A DNA stretch of 64,000 bases from Camelus ferus (taxonomy: Eukaryota), in assembly GCF_009834535.1 (NCBI RefSeq), contig NC_045697.1:94490001-94554000 (forward strand). The letters run 5' to 3'. The notes below the pieces were generated by a model that worked only from the letters and a program-made list of their open reading frames with translations, ran no database searches and was not told the origin of the DNA. How positions within the stretch are numbered: the first letter of the stretch is position 1; the number at the start of each line of letters is the position of its first letter. This document shows positions 48,044-62,374 of the stretch, one piece after another. The translations under genes and the position numbers were made by a program.

Positions 48044-51000
48044 ATAACTTAATTTAAAAATACCTTATTGCTAAAAAATACTATTATATGAGCCTTCAGT
48101 GAATCTGTTTTTCCTGGTGGGGGGTCTTGCCCCTATATTGATGGCTGATGATGGGTCAGAGTGGTGGTTACTGAAGAATGGGGTAGCTGTAGAAATTTCT
48201 TAAAATAAGATAACACAAAGTTTGCGCGTCAATTGACTCTTCCTTTCATGAACAATTTCTCTGTTGTATGCAATGCTGTTTGATAGCATTTTACCCACAG
48301 TAGAACCTCTTTCAAAATCGGAGTCAATCTCTCAAACCCTGCTACTGCTTTGTCAAATAAGTTTATGTAATATTCTAAATCCTTCATTGTCATTTCAACA
48401 ATCTCCACAGCTTCTTTAGCAGGAGTAGATTCCAACTCAAGAAATGACTTTCTTTGCTCATCTTAAGAATCAACTTATCATTAAAGTTTGATCATGAGAT
48501 TTCAGCAATTCAGTCTCATATTCAGACTCCACTTCTAATTCTAGTTATCTTGCTAATTCAACCTCATCTGCAGTTACTTTCTCCACTGAAGTCTTGGACC
48601 CCTCAAAGTCATCCATGAGGATTGGAATCAACTACTTCCAAACTCCTGTTAATGTTGGTATTTTGACCTGTGCCCATGAATCATTAATGCTTTTAATGGT
48701 AACTAGGATAGTGAATTCTTTCCAGCGGTTTTCAATTGACGTTGCCAAGATCCATCAGAGGAATCAATATAAATGACAGATACTGTTTTATGAACTATAT
48801 TTCTTAAATAATAAGACTCGAAAGTTAAATTAACTCCTTGATCCACGGGCTGCAGACTGGATGTTGTGTTAGCAAGCATGAGAACAACATTTATCTCATT
48901 TCAATCCTGCTGGAGGTGCTGTAGAATGCTGAGCAGGTAGATGTCGAGCAGTGGAATAGCTGACACTTTTCCCAGTCCCAGGACACAGCCATTGGTGTCG
49001 CCCATTTTTTGGCAGAGTGGGCAGTGTAGGTAATGACTCCAAGTGCATTTCCATGAGTTACTACTGTCACTACGGTCAAGAGCCTTGATTCCTTTTCCTT
49101 CCCCTGGGTAGGCTTTCCCTCCAGAATAATCACTAGATTTCCAGCCCTTCAATACCTCGAAACCTTTATGATCTACTTGTTGACCTAATTTATCACTGGG
49201 AACACCATCTTTTCCTCCTTTAGTTCCCTACAAAAGCTCATCCTTTCTTCTATCACTTTACCAACCCAATCCAGTGGGGTTTCCCCCCCGCCATTTTCTT
49301 AATGCTTATTCAGTTCAGAAATTAAATCATTACCCATGACAAATTTTAGTGAAACTTTCCTCAAAAACAAGAAAAGTTTAATTTTAATTGGAAAATCTTC
49401 CCAGGAGGTGAAAAAAAATATTGGAATCTCATTCTTTTAATATTAAAAAAAAAAAGATCATTAGAGGTGGGCTTCCATTTTTTAAAAAGGTTGAATTCTT
49501 TATCATGTCTTGTAAACATGGTTTCATGTACATTAATTTATTGCAATACATATAGTATGAAGCAACTTACTGCCATCTGAATTAAATATTTTTTCTTGAC
49601 AACATGAGTCACATTATGTTTTTTAAAATGGGGAATTCTAATCTGTCAGTACTCAATAGACATTTTCTGACGGTAACTTCTTTTCAGGTAACAATACAAA
49701 AACTAGCTCTTTTTTTTAGATAATTGTATAGAACTAACAAACACAGAGATAATAGAACAGTTTCCACCAAAATATACAAGAGTTTGAAACCTGAATTTTC
49801 ATAGGAAACTGAAAAACAGATGTTCATTTGATTTACCACTAAGAACATTTCAATAAAATTCAGGCCTGTCTATGTGACCTATATTATATGATTAAAGATT
49901 TTTAAAATTGGGGAGATATTTCATAATATGATTTGACTATATTATTCCATAATTCCAATTCTATAAAATATCATGAAAAAGGAACACTTCTAATCATCTG
50001 TGGAAATAAAGTGTTTGGACTGCTTATACTAAATTTCTGAAATTCCAAATAAATGATTTATTGAGACCTAGATGGTAACTTTCTTAATACGTACCTAATG
50101 TTGAACTGTGTAAAACTATTTATTAAAACTATAAACTGATATTCATGATAGTATGTGTTAAAGCTTCATTTACAGAATTACTCTTCTCTTATTTTGGCTG
50201 TATGTACACATATATCTTCTTTATTAAAATATCAACACCATTCTCTATATTCACCTATGGATTTTTGTTTAGTCATAGCTAATATGACTAAATGTATAGT
50301 GCTTAGATAATACATATCTGATTTGTAAATAGAGTCTCATTTTTAGAGGAATGTGCATGTGTATATATGTCCACCAATTCCTTCACTCCTTTATCTCAGG
50401 AAAAACTTATCATTAGGTATGCAGTAATGCTTTGCACATAATTTCTAAGGAATAAGGGAATAAGCTTTCATAAATTATTTTAAAAACTTCTAGAAAATAC
50501 TTACATAATCCTTAGTTTTAAACTACATATATTTGCTATTTTAATTTCAGTATATTAAAAATTATTTTCTCCAATAACAGAGTTATATCATCATTTCAGT
50601 CATGGCAAGCGAAAATATTTATTTAAATCTGTGTTCAGAAATAAAGCAAGAAATAAGATATTTTTCAGCCAAGAATAGATTTCATAAAATTGTAAGATAA
50701 AGAGTGAGAAAGGTATAGATAAAAAGTAGAACTGCTAAGGGCGCTGTGCTTCAAGTAGACAGAGCAGCCATCTCGATGGCGGCTATCCATGAATTTTAAA
50801 GGAAGTGAACAAGAAAACCAGTGAACCTTTAACTGACATTTTTTAAAGTTCACTAGACTTGGGAGAGATTCTAGAGGATTTGAAAGCAGCAAACATGACT
50901 ACGTTATTTCAAAGGGGTCAAGACAGAAGCAAAAAAAAAATATTATGAGAGCAGCAAGTTGAGGAAATTCTTGCTAACTAAAGCTACACGCTGAAAGAAT

Positions 51001-51259
51001 ACTAGAAAAAAATTAATTTAAAATGATCAGCACAAATAGACTCACTGGATAATATGCTTAAGTAATATAAACAGCACACGCAAGAAAATACAGGTTTAAA
51101 ATTGAAGTCCAAGTTGATACTGAAATAACCCTTGAGGAGTTGCAAACATTGAAGAAAAGGAAAGTAAAATGTTATAGTATTTGAAATGTTTTGAGAGAGT
51201 AATGAAAAGAATATAAAGACCATACTTTTAATTTAGGAAAGATAGATTTGGTACAGCCT

Positions 51260-51790
51260 CTAACCTAGAGATAACTAAGTTGCAGAGTGCAAAAGCCCAC
51301 TCAAACGGGTTCTCATGAAGGAGAATATATAATAATCGTCATCAGAGCTTCCCATGGGACCTACATTTCAGGAAAATCTTCACACAGCTGTGCTAAATGA
51401 CTCTCTGAGTCTATTTTCTCCATTGAGTCTCCCTTTCTCTCCGCCCCCACTTCCCTCTCCCCTCTCTCTAGTTCTGTCAGCTTTTGTCTTTAAAGGCTCT
51501 TAGTCTTCTTCTTTCACAATGGCAAAATCGTTTTGGACTAGTGCAGTTCTGTCCCTGACTTGAAATGAATTTCTTAAATCCAGTGGCTGTCACTATAGGT
51601 CTAACCACATGCTTCTTAATTCAAATTTTAGAGAAATCAGTAGGCTTAGGTTGAGTTAAGCGCCCATCATTGAATCAGTAAACTGTGTCAAAAAAAAAAA
51701 AAAAAATTCAGTCATCTGGACTCCCAGCTTCAAACTTTAATCAGAGGCTGCAGCAGTGTACTTTCAAGAAAGAGATGGTACAGATAATTT
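51260..51790 (-). mobile_element. Old MaLR/LTR remnant (MLT1-like)
   Basis: 'aagttgcagagtgcaaaagcccactcaaac', 'gcccatcattgaatcagtaaactgtg'. Confidence 0.4.
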
Positions 51791-52999
51791 AAATCTGAGC
51801 TCAGTATAGAAGGACCTGCTTGAAGACTTTGGAGACATTGTTCAACTCAGGTTCATGATCATGAGAAGGACATAAGTTGTATACCTTGCGTGTTAGTGAA
51901 AGAACAAGTGTATGTCTGTACTGTACTATACATGACAAAATAATGCTACAATTATTACTGGTTCTTATTCTGGCTTTGATTTTTACCCAATAAGCTATAG
52001 GTAGGTGATGACAAATAAAATAGATTTATATTTTAGAAATATTTCTCTTTCATTAATATTATTAATTTTCTAACATTAACACAATAGACATTTTGGAAAG
52101 GGAAAACAAATGATGTAGTTATACAATTCACAATATTCTAGTTGAAATATTACAAGAGCCTTAAATAAGAAGTGATTAATAAGGCTGGCAAGGAGGCACT
52201 GGGCATCAAAGGCATGTAAAATCTCTAGAATTAATAGGACCCAGCAAATAATTAAATCTAAAGAGAGAAGAACAAAAATTGTACCCATATTTATGGTGCG
52301 GGTGACTTTGGGGTAAAAGTGCAAATCACTACAATGATGAACACTGAAGAAGTGAAATGTTTAGTGTGTGGTTAGCCTGAGAGGGAGATTGGGGGATGGC
52401 ATCCATCAGAGTTTTTTTTTTTTTTCAAACAATAGAAATTGATATTTTTAACCAGAAAAAGGAATTATTGGAATCTTACTAAGTGGGTTACAAAATGCAA
52501 ATGATGTCTACAGAACTAGGCTCACAAAATTGGCAGAATGTCAGGCAGTGAGAATGTTCACACCACTGCCATGCGGGAGCAGTGTCAGTAGGCACCACTA
52601 TGGCAAGACTGCTTGTGGTCTTTTGGTGCCATCCCAGCCACCTGCACCATGAACAATTTGCAAGTTTTTATCGAGTCTCCCTGCTATTCATTCTAATTAA
52701 TAATTAATCAATAACTGCTATGGATTCAAGTCTCAGAGAAAAGCTAAGTAACCAGCCAAATCTACATCATGTGTCATAGTTTGACATCAGGGAAAGGTTT
52801 TTGGCTTCCTTCCTAGTAGATAAAATCCTGTCCTGCCACCCAGGAAACCATCCAGGGTGTTCTGCTCAAATAAAAAGTGTTTTCAGATGTTAGCTGGCTG
52901 AAAAATGAAACAATAAATAAAATGACAAATGTCCTCTATGGAGAGTAAATGAGTGAGAAATCTCTGTGGAAGATTCTGCCTACAGAGTGGCATGTGTGA

Positions 53000-53430
53000 T
53001 TTTGGAAACTCAAATAAAGGTTCAGGGTTTTTACTTGTCAATGTATGGGTATTTTCTGAAGCTATATCAGTAGAATTGGTCACTCAGAGGGTAAGTCTAG
53101 ATTAGATGAGTAAAGACTGCAGAATATTAAGGATCAGTGATATTTGGACATAGAAAAAGAGATGGTGGTCCATCAAGGAGAATGTGAAGAAATAGTTAAC
53201 AAATCAGAAGAACTGAGAATGAGTAGTGTCCACAAAATAAAAAAAAAACAAGTTTCAGAGTAGAGATTAGACAATCAGGCTAAGAGCTACTGCAGTGAAG
53301 CAACACACCAACTGGGAACTAAACTTAATAGTAGAAGGTCTTTGATGACTATTAATTCAGTGAAAGTTTGGAATAGAAGTCGATGATTATTGGATTTAAA
53401 GAGTAGTGGAAAATTATGAATTGAAAGTAG
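53000..53430 (-). mobile_element. L2 LINE fragment
   Basis: 'agaactgagaatgagtagtgtccac...aagtttcagag', 'gaaggtctttgatgactattaattcagtgaaag'. Confidence 0.5.
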
Positions 53431-54292
53431 TAAGCATGAAATACATATATCTTTTTTCTTTAGTTTTTATTCTTAAAGAAATAAGAGAAAAATGGTGGAC
53501 AGAAAGAAAAAGGCCTTGTTGTGTTCTTACTCCTGTGACTATTTGAGAATAACATTACTGTGATGATAGACTAATAGAAAGGAGGTTGTAGGTCCAGGGG
53601 TTGAAGTAATAGGTGAGAGGAAATTCTGGAAAAGCTCCAGAAATGACACTTTATAATGAAAGACTGTAATTATCAAAAGTCATGTTATCACTTTTTGGTT
53701 TCTCTCCTCAACTTGAATTTTTTTTAAAGGAAGGAAGGAAGGAAAGAGGGGGAGAAGAAGGAGAAAGGAAAAAAGGAAAGGAATAATCTAATGAAAATAC
53801 AAAAAAGCATAAAAAAGGGAAAAATTTTTAAAAATAATTTATTGCAGAGGAGCATAGACAAGACACAATGTATTCTGCATGGATATCAACTTTTTTTTTT
53901 AAGAAAAGACGAGTACTTTTCTTCACACAAGCTAAATATTTTGTAACAATACCTTTAGATAAGGAATCCACTGATGTCTTCTCAGGCAAAAAGTTCTATA
54001 TAAAGCAAAGGTAATTAGGGCCTCAGGTTATGTATGAGCATCTAATGGCCCAATTAGTCCTTCAGGGAAGCTAGTTTTATCATTCTATTGTTTCCTCTGT
54101 AGTGTTTCCAATTTTAATGTAGGCTCCCTATTTAGAGAACTTGCTTTGTACTTTGACTGACTCCACTTGAAAAGTAAGAAACCTTTGAATCTAATTTATA
54201 TATATACATCTCTCTCTCTCACCCCCTCTCCCTCTCCTCATACTCACACATAGCGTAGCTCAAACAAGGTCAGTATACATGTTGATGACCCC

Positions 54293-54774
54293 TGACAAAT
54301 ACCTTCTCCTTGATTAAACTTTAGTCAGCCTCATCCAATGCCCTAATCCACTAGGTCCCATCCTTGCCAGGCTATACAGGTCTAAGAGAGCCTAATTTTA
54401 GCAAGAATTTGGCTAAGTCAGTTTAGAGTGAATCTCCCACCCTTAGCATCTGATCTCTATCGATATGCAATCAAATTCCTTATCCTCCACCATCCACCCA
54501 GGTGATGTCTGATCCCCTTGGCCTGCCTTCAGCAAGAATCTTGTTCCATCAGTCTAGAGGAATCCCTCTACCTTTGATGCCTCCTCTTAGTCATTTTCCA
54601 TTCCCGCAGGACCCCTCAGTCCTGTTCCTTGGCTATAAATCCTCACTTTGCTTTGTCATATTCAGAATTGAGCCCAGTTGTCTAATGAGGTCTCTTTTCC
54701 CCTATTGCGATAGTTCCTGAATAAAATCTCATTTTACCTCTTTAACTATTGTCCAGCTCTGGCTTTCCTTAGCA
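54293..54774 (+). mobile_element. Solo LTR, ERV1 (MER31-like)
   Basis: Starts 'tgacaaataccttctccttgattaaactttagtcag', has TATA 'ggctataaat' and AATAAA at ~54720, ends CA. Confidence 0.85.
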
Positions 54775-56714
54775 TCTCCTTTAGTTCTAACATAATCTAA
54801 AGTGAGGTTCATCCATAGATCACATAAATGTTCATATATTCTATGGTATTACCAATAAAATAATTTTAAACATAATGTAACATTGCCCAACTTTCACTTA
54901 ATAATTATGGTTACTATTCAATAAATTTTCACTCAGGCATGTTATAAATTTGCTTCCAAAGTATATATCCCTCACTTTGCTCTTTTCATTTGCAATGACT
55001 CATATCCCTTTAATTGATAATATTATATGATTGATTTGACCTTAGATGTTTCTAGCTTTGGTAAGATTAAAAATATTCTTGCTTATATTTCATAAAGTGA
55101 TAGTCATTAAGGGCCATCCTTTATTATCAGATTAAAATGCTGTTTTATAATATGTGCATTTTCTACTAATAAATGAAGTAATATAAAGTCATTTTAGAAC
55201 ACTTAGATCATGGTGATTATAGGATATTATTCTTCTCAATACATTTTATATATTATCATCATTCTTCTTTATGTTCTACAGTTTAAAATGCTCTATAATG
55301 CATTCATATTTATTTAAAACAGAATGCAGAGAAATGTATGAGGATTTGTACGTTTTTGTTGCGTGTCCTTTTTTATCAAGTGTTATCCAAACATCTGACA
55401 TGATAACTAAAATTGTAAATAATCTATAAAACTTATCCTTACTGTCAAACCTTTCTTTCTCCAATGTAATTTGATAGAAATTAAAGAAGTGATAAATTAT
55501 AACAAGTCTGTTGTCTTGGTAAGTTACTTTATGACAAGTATGTTGCCATAGAATATAAAGAATTCACATATTCATTGGGCTATCTCACTTGTTTTATAGT
55601 CTAGAAAAACACCCATATTGATCTTTTGTCTTCTATTCCTGATGATTCTTTGTATGTTTCATGGGAGTATCTTTTCAGGAGTCAAAAGCATTCTAGTCTA
55701 TTTCTGTTTAGACCAATACTGCTGCCCTCTTTAAGATCTGGTTCATTTCATCCAAATGACTACTGGAGTTACAAAAGAATTGCCAATTTAGTAATTCCCT
55801 ACTCTGCCCACTCCCTGCCAGTTTCCCCCAGGTCAGCCTTTGATTGGATGAGAAATTCATGCATTTTTGCACAAGTCTAATCAGAATGCATGCAGAAAAA
55901 CTCAACTGCACAATAGAGATGACTGCAAAAGCCCCAGAGTTTATGTAAATAAGGGGGTGTTAGAGGCAGCCAATCTAGGACTCAAAAAGCTTGATTTGAG
56001 TGTACCCAAGAATAGCTACAGAAAAGCATCCCTAGTTTGCATTTTAGTAGATGAGATCTCCTTGACGACTTTTGCATCAAAGTAAGTTAGTTCAGCTCTT
56101 TAAGGAAATACAAAAGTATTATACAAAGTGCTTTTTTTCTTAAGGCACAATCAAGGACTGCCAGCTAATTAAATTAGTTCACGTTTTTAAAGCACTTTAT
56201 CACTACATATAGAAAATGAATGTGTTTTTCTCTCCCCTCAGGAATCAATTCAAACGTCATTAAAATCACTCAAAAATCCACCTCTTATCTATGCCTGCCA
56301 TTGGCATATACTAGCCAGTCAACTGTATGAGATGTTAATATATGCAATCTCACTTTTGTTTATTTTGTAATATTTGTATATGAAAGATGAAGTAAAGTAA
56401 AAATAGTGGTTTTCTCAGTTCTTATTTGCATCAACCAGAACCAACTGAAATGCACATATTTTAAAGGGAGTTTTGGGGAATTGTCCAAAAATCTCCATAT
56501 TATTCTAAACTATTTGTTAGGGAAATGTTCAATATTAATTTTGTTACAGCATAAAACAGTTGCATGTCAGTGCTCCCCAAAATCTCTTTTTACCTCCTCA
56601 AGGATTGGTCATATTTAAGGTTATATATTTTATCATAATTGCAGGTGTGTAAAAAGATCATCACTGAGAGGTGGCATTATTCTTTTGCTTCCATGCTAAT
56701 AATGGTAAACAGCC

Positions 56715-57214
56715 TGTGGTAAGTTGAAAATGCCACTCCTACCCCAGAGGTATGTCCATGTCCTAATCCTTGTAACTTGTAGATGTGGCCTTATTTGGAA
56801 AAAGGTTCTTTGCAAATATGATTAAATTAAGGAACTAGAGATGAGATTATCCTAGATTATCGTCCTAGATTATGGTGGGCTAACAATAACAATTATGATG
56901 ATTACGGTGGACCCTAAATGTCACCACAAGTGTCCTTATGAGAGAGAACCAAAGGGAGACTAGACACAAACACAAGGCAGAAGGTGATGCAAAGACAGAG
57001 GTACTGATCAGAGTGATGAGGCCATGAGCCAAAGGACGCCAGCACCACCAGAAGCTAAAAGGGACAAGGAATGGATTCTCTCCCAGAGCCTCCAAAGATC
57101 ACAGAGCCTCTGACATCTTGATTTTAGGACCCTGGCCTCTAAAACTGTGAGAGAAATTCTGCTGTTTTACGCCACCAAGGTTTTAGTCATTTGCTACAAC
57201 AGTCTCGGGAATTT
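56715..57214 (+). mobile_element. MaLR solo LTR (MLT1C/D-like)
   Basis: 'atgtccatgtcctaatcc', 'ccttatttggaaaaagg', 'ggattctctcccagagcctcc', 'aactgtgagagaaattctgctgtttta'; probable TSD CAGCC at 56710-56714 and 57215-57219. Confidence 0.88.
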
Positions 57215-60200
57215 CAGCCTCATCTCCTGGCCATTTTCCTTTTTTTTTTTTTTTTTTTTGCATTGTTCTGAGTGTCAAGTGCCTAGCTGGGCAAGGTTCA
57301 AGCATGTTGACAAATCAATATTCTTTCAGTCCTTTCTTTATCTTTCCTACCTCAAATAAACCTGAGGCTGTACTCTGAGACTCAAGTGTTTCTGTTGGAA
57401 TAGAAGTAGCCAAACTGAAGTTCTTTGTCTGAAGTTATTCAGAGCTGACAATTTTAGGAAAACAGGATTCCTCATGATAGACTAACAATTGCCATATTTA
57501 CGACTTGGAGTTTGATGCAAAAGCATCAACTAATGGCATGTGTATTATGGTCTTTACTATCTTTATTCTGTATGTATTTCCTACCTTTTCTTGGAAGTTG
57601 GGATAATTAGTTCCAATACAGTATTTAGATATTATTATATCTTCTGACCAATTTTTAAGAATTTTTAATGATAAATAAATGAAACATTATTTCAAAGTAA
57701 AATTTGAAATTGGATATTTATAAAATGTATTAGTTTTGATTCCTGTAGATATTATTCCTCTACCCAGGCAAAGCAAGCTTTTTTCCAAAATTCTGCTAGT
57801 AACTTAGCTGGTCAGTTTAAGCTGGAAAAAAAAAATAAGAAACAAACAGACAAACTAAAAGTCCAGTCAAAAGATACTGTCAGTTATGTGATAAAGCATT
57901 ATCTTATGTGCCACTGAAATTGTGTGTTATAAAGGTAAAGCAAACTCTTGAAAACCAGTGCCTAGAACCACAAAGGGGAGAGAGATGGAGAGAGAGAGGA
58001 TGGAAAGAGAGATCTCATACCTACAGCAAGTCAGCATGTTGATGTATCTTAGGGCTCTCAAGTAGTTAGTACTTGATTCAAGGCAGAAGTGGAGTTTCTC
58101 CACTCTTCATCTTCAAGTAAAGACGAATGGGCTTTCATAATGGACCTTGCTCTGACAATGGGAATAAATGACTGTGATTTCTGAACACTTTCAAGGAGAC
58201 CCAGAGATTCAATATGCAAAGTCTTTCATTTTATCTTTGAAAGTGCAGCCTTGGATTATTACTGACAGCCAAGATGCCGTTAAAGTAAAGGTCATGCAGC
58301 CTATTGACAATAATAAATTTTAAGATTTGGTATCTTTTTGCTGAGGCCTTCTCCATGTCATTTATCAAAGGAAAAAAAAAAAAGGAAAAGGGGAAAAGAA
58401 AAAGAATAATAGTACTACTTTGCCCTACTGTAGTTTAAAATATAAGCATTTCCCCGTTATTTCTGAATAAATACCAAAAAAACTAGTTTTAAATTTTGTT
58501 AATAAAATTATTATCTAAGTTCCTAAGCAAGGGTATCAAATCCTATAAAACCTGGTAGTATAATAAAGCTAAAATGAGTAAATCTCTGTGTTGTGATAAA
58601 AGTTGACTACATAGAGTAGGAAGTTTATTTTTTATTATGTATGTCTGAGGTTATTAGACCCTCCATGTTTCATTGCTTATTTTTAAATATTTCTTCCCTC
58701 AAAACCAACAAAATATGGTTTTAAAATTCACTACTAAACTGTTGTTGAAATGTAGAGTGTTAAACTGCACGGAGATTTAGAAAATGATTTTCTTTTATAT
58801 CAAAACTTATCTTCTTAGTGTAGCAATATATATATCTATCAGCAAAATTATCTATTTCTAAAGTTACACCTTCAAGATAACTTTATTTTAGAAATTTATT
58901 TATATGGCTTTCAATTTTCTTCCTTATTTGCATCATTCTTTACTTTTCACTTTTAATTTACCCGTTCCTTATATTCTCCATTCTTTTAATGTATGTATTT
59001 TATAATTTGCTGCAATATAGGAAAAATTAGTTTGGCTTAAGGTTTATTTATTTATTTGAAAGAATATCTTGGAGAAACTAAAACTTTCTGATTATAATGA
59101 ACATAGCATGTAGAATACCTAATTCAACATACAAAATCTCCCTACCCCCGCCCCCTCCCAAAAAAGTTGATTTTTTTATAGCATCATAGGATCAACATAA
59201 GGGATAACAGAGGGAATCCACAGACATCACATAAATTTGAAATAAACTTCTGCTTTATCTAAAAACATAAGTAAGAATGGAAACTAGCAGCTCAGGACAG
59301 AGCTTTTCTGTCTGCATGAGTTCCCCCCGATACACAATTAATGGCACTCCCCATAGGGAAAATTACCAGAGCTATTGTTTATACCTAAGGTCTGAATTGC
59401 AGCCATGAAAATCATGTAACAGGACAAGAAGCTGGAAACTTCAGCTATCTCATTATTTAATTTATCATATTCCTTCAGCACAATCACAATTGGAGAACAT
59501 AAAGGAAAACTTTCCAAGAAGAGGTTTATCCTAGCAGGGACACAGATTAATAATAATAATCTCTGCTCTCAAACTGGCAAAGCCCTTCAAGAGTAGTAGC
59601 AGATAGATCCAAGTGCATCTTCACTGTGTAGATTCCAAGAACACTAGAGCAGCTGGGTAATGTTTTCTGAAAGTGTATGATGTACATTTTAGCAATCCGT
59701 GGCTGTTAAGATTTAGACAGTGACAGAAAATAGTTTAAAATCTCACTATAATTTAACTAACATATAACAGTTCTCTACAAGGTGGCTGGTAGACTGTCAT
59801 TTACTTTGGATGATATAAAACGGGGAAGGAATAGTCTGCACTGTGAACATTGTGAAAATATTTACATACTAAGATTTCTTTAGCTTTATAGATATTATGT
59901 ATATGAGAATTTTACTTAATTTTTAAATAAAAACATGGCAATGGAAACTAAGAAGTGTTTTATATCAAGAATTAATGGCTAATATTAACAAGCAGAAAGT
60001 TTGCACTAATGTAAAATTTTTCGATTGAAAGCTATAAAACAGATTATGGTCCCTGGTATAGAACAAAAGTTCTATATAATTTGATTGATTGGGTATAATT
60101 TAGTGACTCCACACAAAAAGATCACAAATATAGAAAAAAGTAATATAGACAATAAAGAATTATTCTAATAATAATATTAATAAATCTGTGTTGGACATTT

Positions 60201-60304
60201 CTCATATACCAGAACAGTTTGTTAGCTCTTTATATGTATTAAATTATCTAACCATCTCAAAACATATGTGCTTAGTAATTATTACCTTCTATTTTAAATA
60301 AAAA

Positions 60305-61645
60305 TAAGTGACCACAAAGATCCCAAATTGCCAAAGCAATTTTGAGACAAAACATAGTTGGAAATATCATGCTCCCTGACTTCAGACTGTATTACAAAGC
60401 TACAGCAATCAAGACAGCATGGTACTGGCACAAAAACAGACATATAGATCAATGGAACAGAACAGAGAGCCCAGAAATAAACCACTCATTTTATGACGAA
60501 GGAGGTAAGGATACACAATGGGGGAAAAAGACAGCCTTTTTAGTAAATAGTGCTCGAAAAACTGGACAGCTATATGTAAAAGAATGAGATTAAAACATTT
60601 CCTCACACCACATAGAAAAATAAATTAAAAACAGATTAAAGACCTAAATGTTAGACCTGAAATCAAAATGGAAAAAATAAAGTCCTAGAAGAGCACAAGC
60701 AGAACACTCCTTGACATAAATCTTAAATCATAGCAATATTTTTTTGGATCTGTGTCCTATGGCAAAAGAAATAAAAGCAAAAATAAGCAAATACATTAAA
60801 AGCTTATATGAAACAAAGGAAATCATTGACAAAATGAAAAGTCAACTTACTGAATGGAAGAAAATATTTTTAAGTGATATGGCTGAGAAGGGATTAATAT
60901 CAAAAATATATAAATAGTCCATACAACTCACTATCAAAAAAACAAACAACAAAGTTGAAAAATGGTTAGAAGACCTGAATAGACATTTTTTCAAGAAGGT
61001 ATACTGATGGCCAACAGGTACATAAAAAGAAGCTCAATATTGTTAATCATCAAAGAAATGATACATACATTCCAATGTTCATAGTAATTATTCATAATAG
61101 CCAAGATATGGAAGCAACCCAAGTGTCCATCAACAGATGAATGGAGAAAGATATGAGATATATACATATATATGTGTGTATATATATATATATATAATGA
61201 ATTACTCAGCCTTAAAAAAGAATTAAATTCTGCCATTTGCAACAATGTGGATGGACCTAGAATTATGCTTAGTGAAATAAATCAGAGAAAAACAAACACT
61301 CTATGCTATCACCTAAATGTGGAATCTAAAAAATAAAACAAATAAATGTATATAACAAAACAGAAACAGGCTCAGTGATACAGAACAAACTAGTGGTTAC
61401 CAGTGGGGAGAGGGAAGAGAGGAGGGGCAAAATAAGGGTATGGGATTAAGATGTACAAACTACTATATGTAAAATAAATAAGCAACAAGGGTTTATTGTA
61501 CAGCATAGGAAAATATAGTCATTATTTTGTAATAATTTTAAATGGAGTATAACCTATAAAATATTGAATCACTAAGTTGTACACCTGACACTAATATAAT
61601 ATTATAAATCAACTGTAGTTCAACTTAAAAATTCAAAAATAAAAT
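60305..61645 (+). mobile_element. 5'-truncated L1 (ORF2 C-terminus plus 3' UTR) inserted into a MIR
   Basis: ORF 60342-60587 ([37 protein letters not shown]) is L1 ORF2; 3' UTR and A tail present; MIR halves flank it at ~60170-60295 and ~61700-61810. Confidence 0.92.
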
Positions 61646-61662
61646 TAACAATTTGACTTCTA

Positions 61663-61696
61663 TTAATTAATTAATTAATTAATTAATTAATTAATT
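61663..61696. repeat. (TTAA)n palindromic microsatellite
   Basis: About 8 tandem TTAA units, read directly. Confidence 0.9.
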
Positions 61697-61934
61697 TATA
61701 TTAATGGAGGCACAGAGGCAAACTTGGCCAAATTTACAGAGATATGATGGGCAGTGCCAGGATTCACAGCCTGGCAGCCTGAACTGTCTTGGAATTTAGA
61801 TACTTAACTCTTCAGTTCTATGTTGCTTCATTAATTAAGGCATGGTATTTTCACTGAAAAATTGATATTTCAAAATGACTGATGAGTAGAATTTTAATGA
61901 CACTGTTGAAAAAGTCCAGAATGGCATCAAAGCT

Positions 61935-62100
61935 AAGGCAGTTTTGGAGCCAGGTTTTAAGGTGTCTTCTGCCTCTCTACTTACTCTGTGTTGTATTGGT
62001 TAAGTTAGCTCCTATGGGCATCAGTTTCCTCGTTTATACAACGAGGGGGTTGATGCCTCCTCATAGCCTTATTATGAGGATTGATCTATACAGTGCCTAG
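61935..62100 (+). mobile_element. MIR SINE
   Basis: 'catcagtttcctcgtttatacaacgagggggttgatgcctcctcatagcc'. Confidence 0.65.
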
Positions 62101-62374
62101 TAGCTACTTTTATTAAAATTAAACATTTCAGATTAATGTTGAAATCATTTATTACTTATTGCAACTACATGAACATATTTTCTAAAATACAACTTTTATG
62201 GGGCTGCAAACCTACAGGAATCTACACTTCCTGTTCCCATTTAATAGATGCCGTTACTTTTTGTGTCCTAGCAAGGATGCTGAACTCTCTAAAATACTAT
62301 CTTGAATTTTAGAGTAGATCATTTCAGTGAGGCTCTTTCCTCTGAATTCTTGGAATTTATTCACTTTCTTTCAC

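Larger units (their letters stand above)
47422..48898 (-). mobile_element. Tigger1 DNA transposon, 3' part, interrupted by a solo LTR
   Basis: TA plus TIR 'caggcacagctcagagatactgcagg'; ORF 48229-48435 ([35 protein letters not shown]) is the Tigger1/TIGD1-type transposase C-terminus. Sequence 'atgtacatacc|ttaatttaaaaatac' is colinear across the insert. Confidence 0.92.

Noticed and set aside
47590..48057. 155-aa ORF with a poly-Gly run, the longest in the track
   Set aside because: It coincides with the GC-rich solo LTR, starts at TTG inside Tigger1, and its poly-Gly is just the GGC repeat. Few stops are expected at this GC content.
48229..48435. TIGD1-like domesticated gene
   Set aside because: Frameshifted fragment of an ordinary truncated Tigger1 copy.
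50766..50779. Short hairpin GCCATC-TC-GATGGC or CTCF-like motif
   Set aside because: The 6-bp stem is within chance expectation and the CTCF core match is poor.
61055..61070. Internal deletion in the L1 at 60305-61645
   Set aside because: Routine decay of an older L1 copy, with no special junction structure seen.
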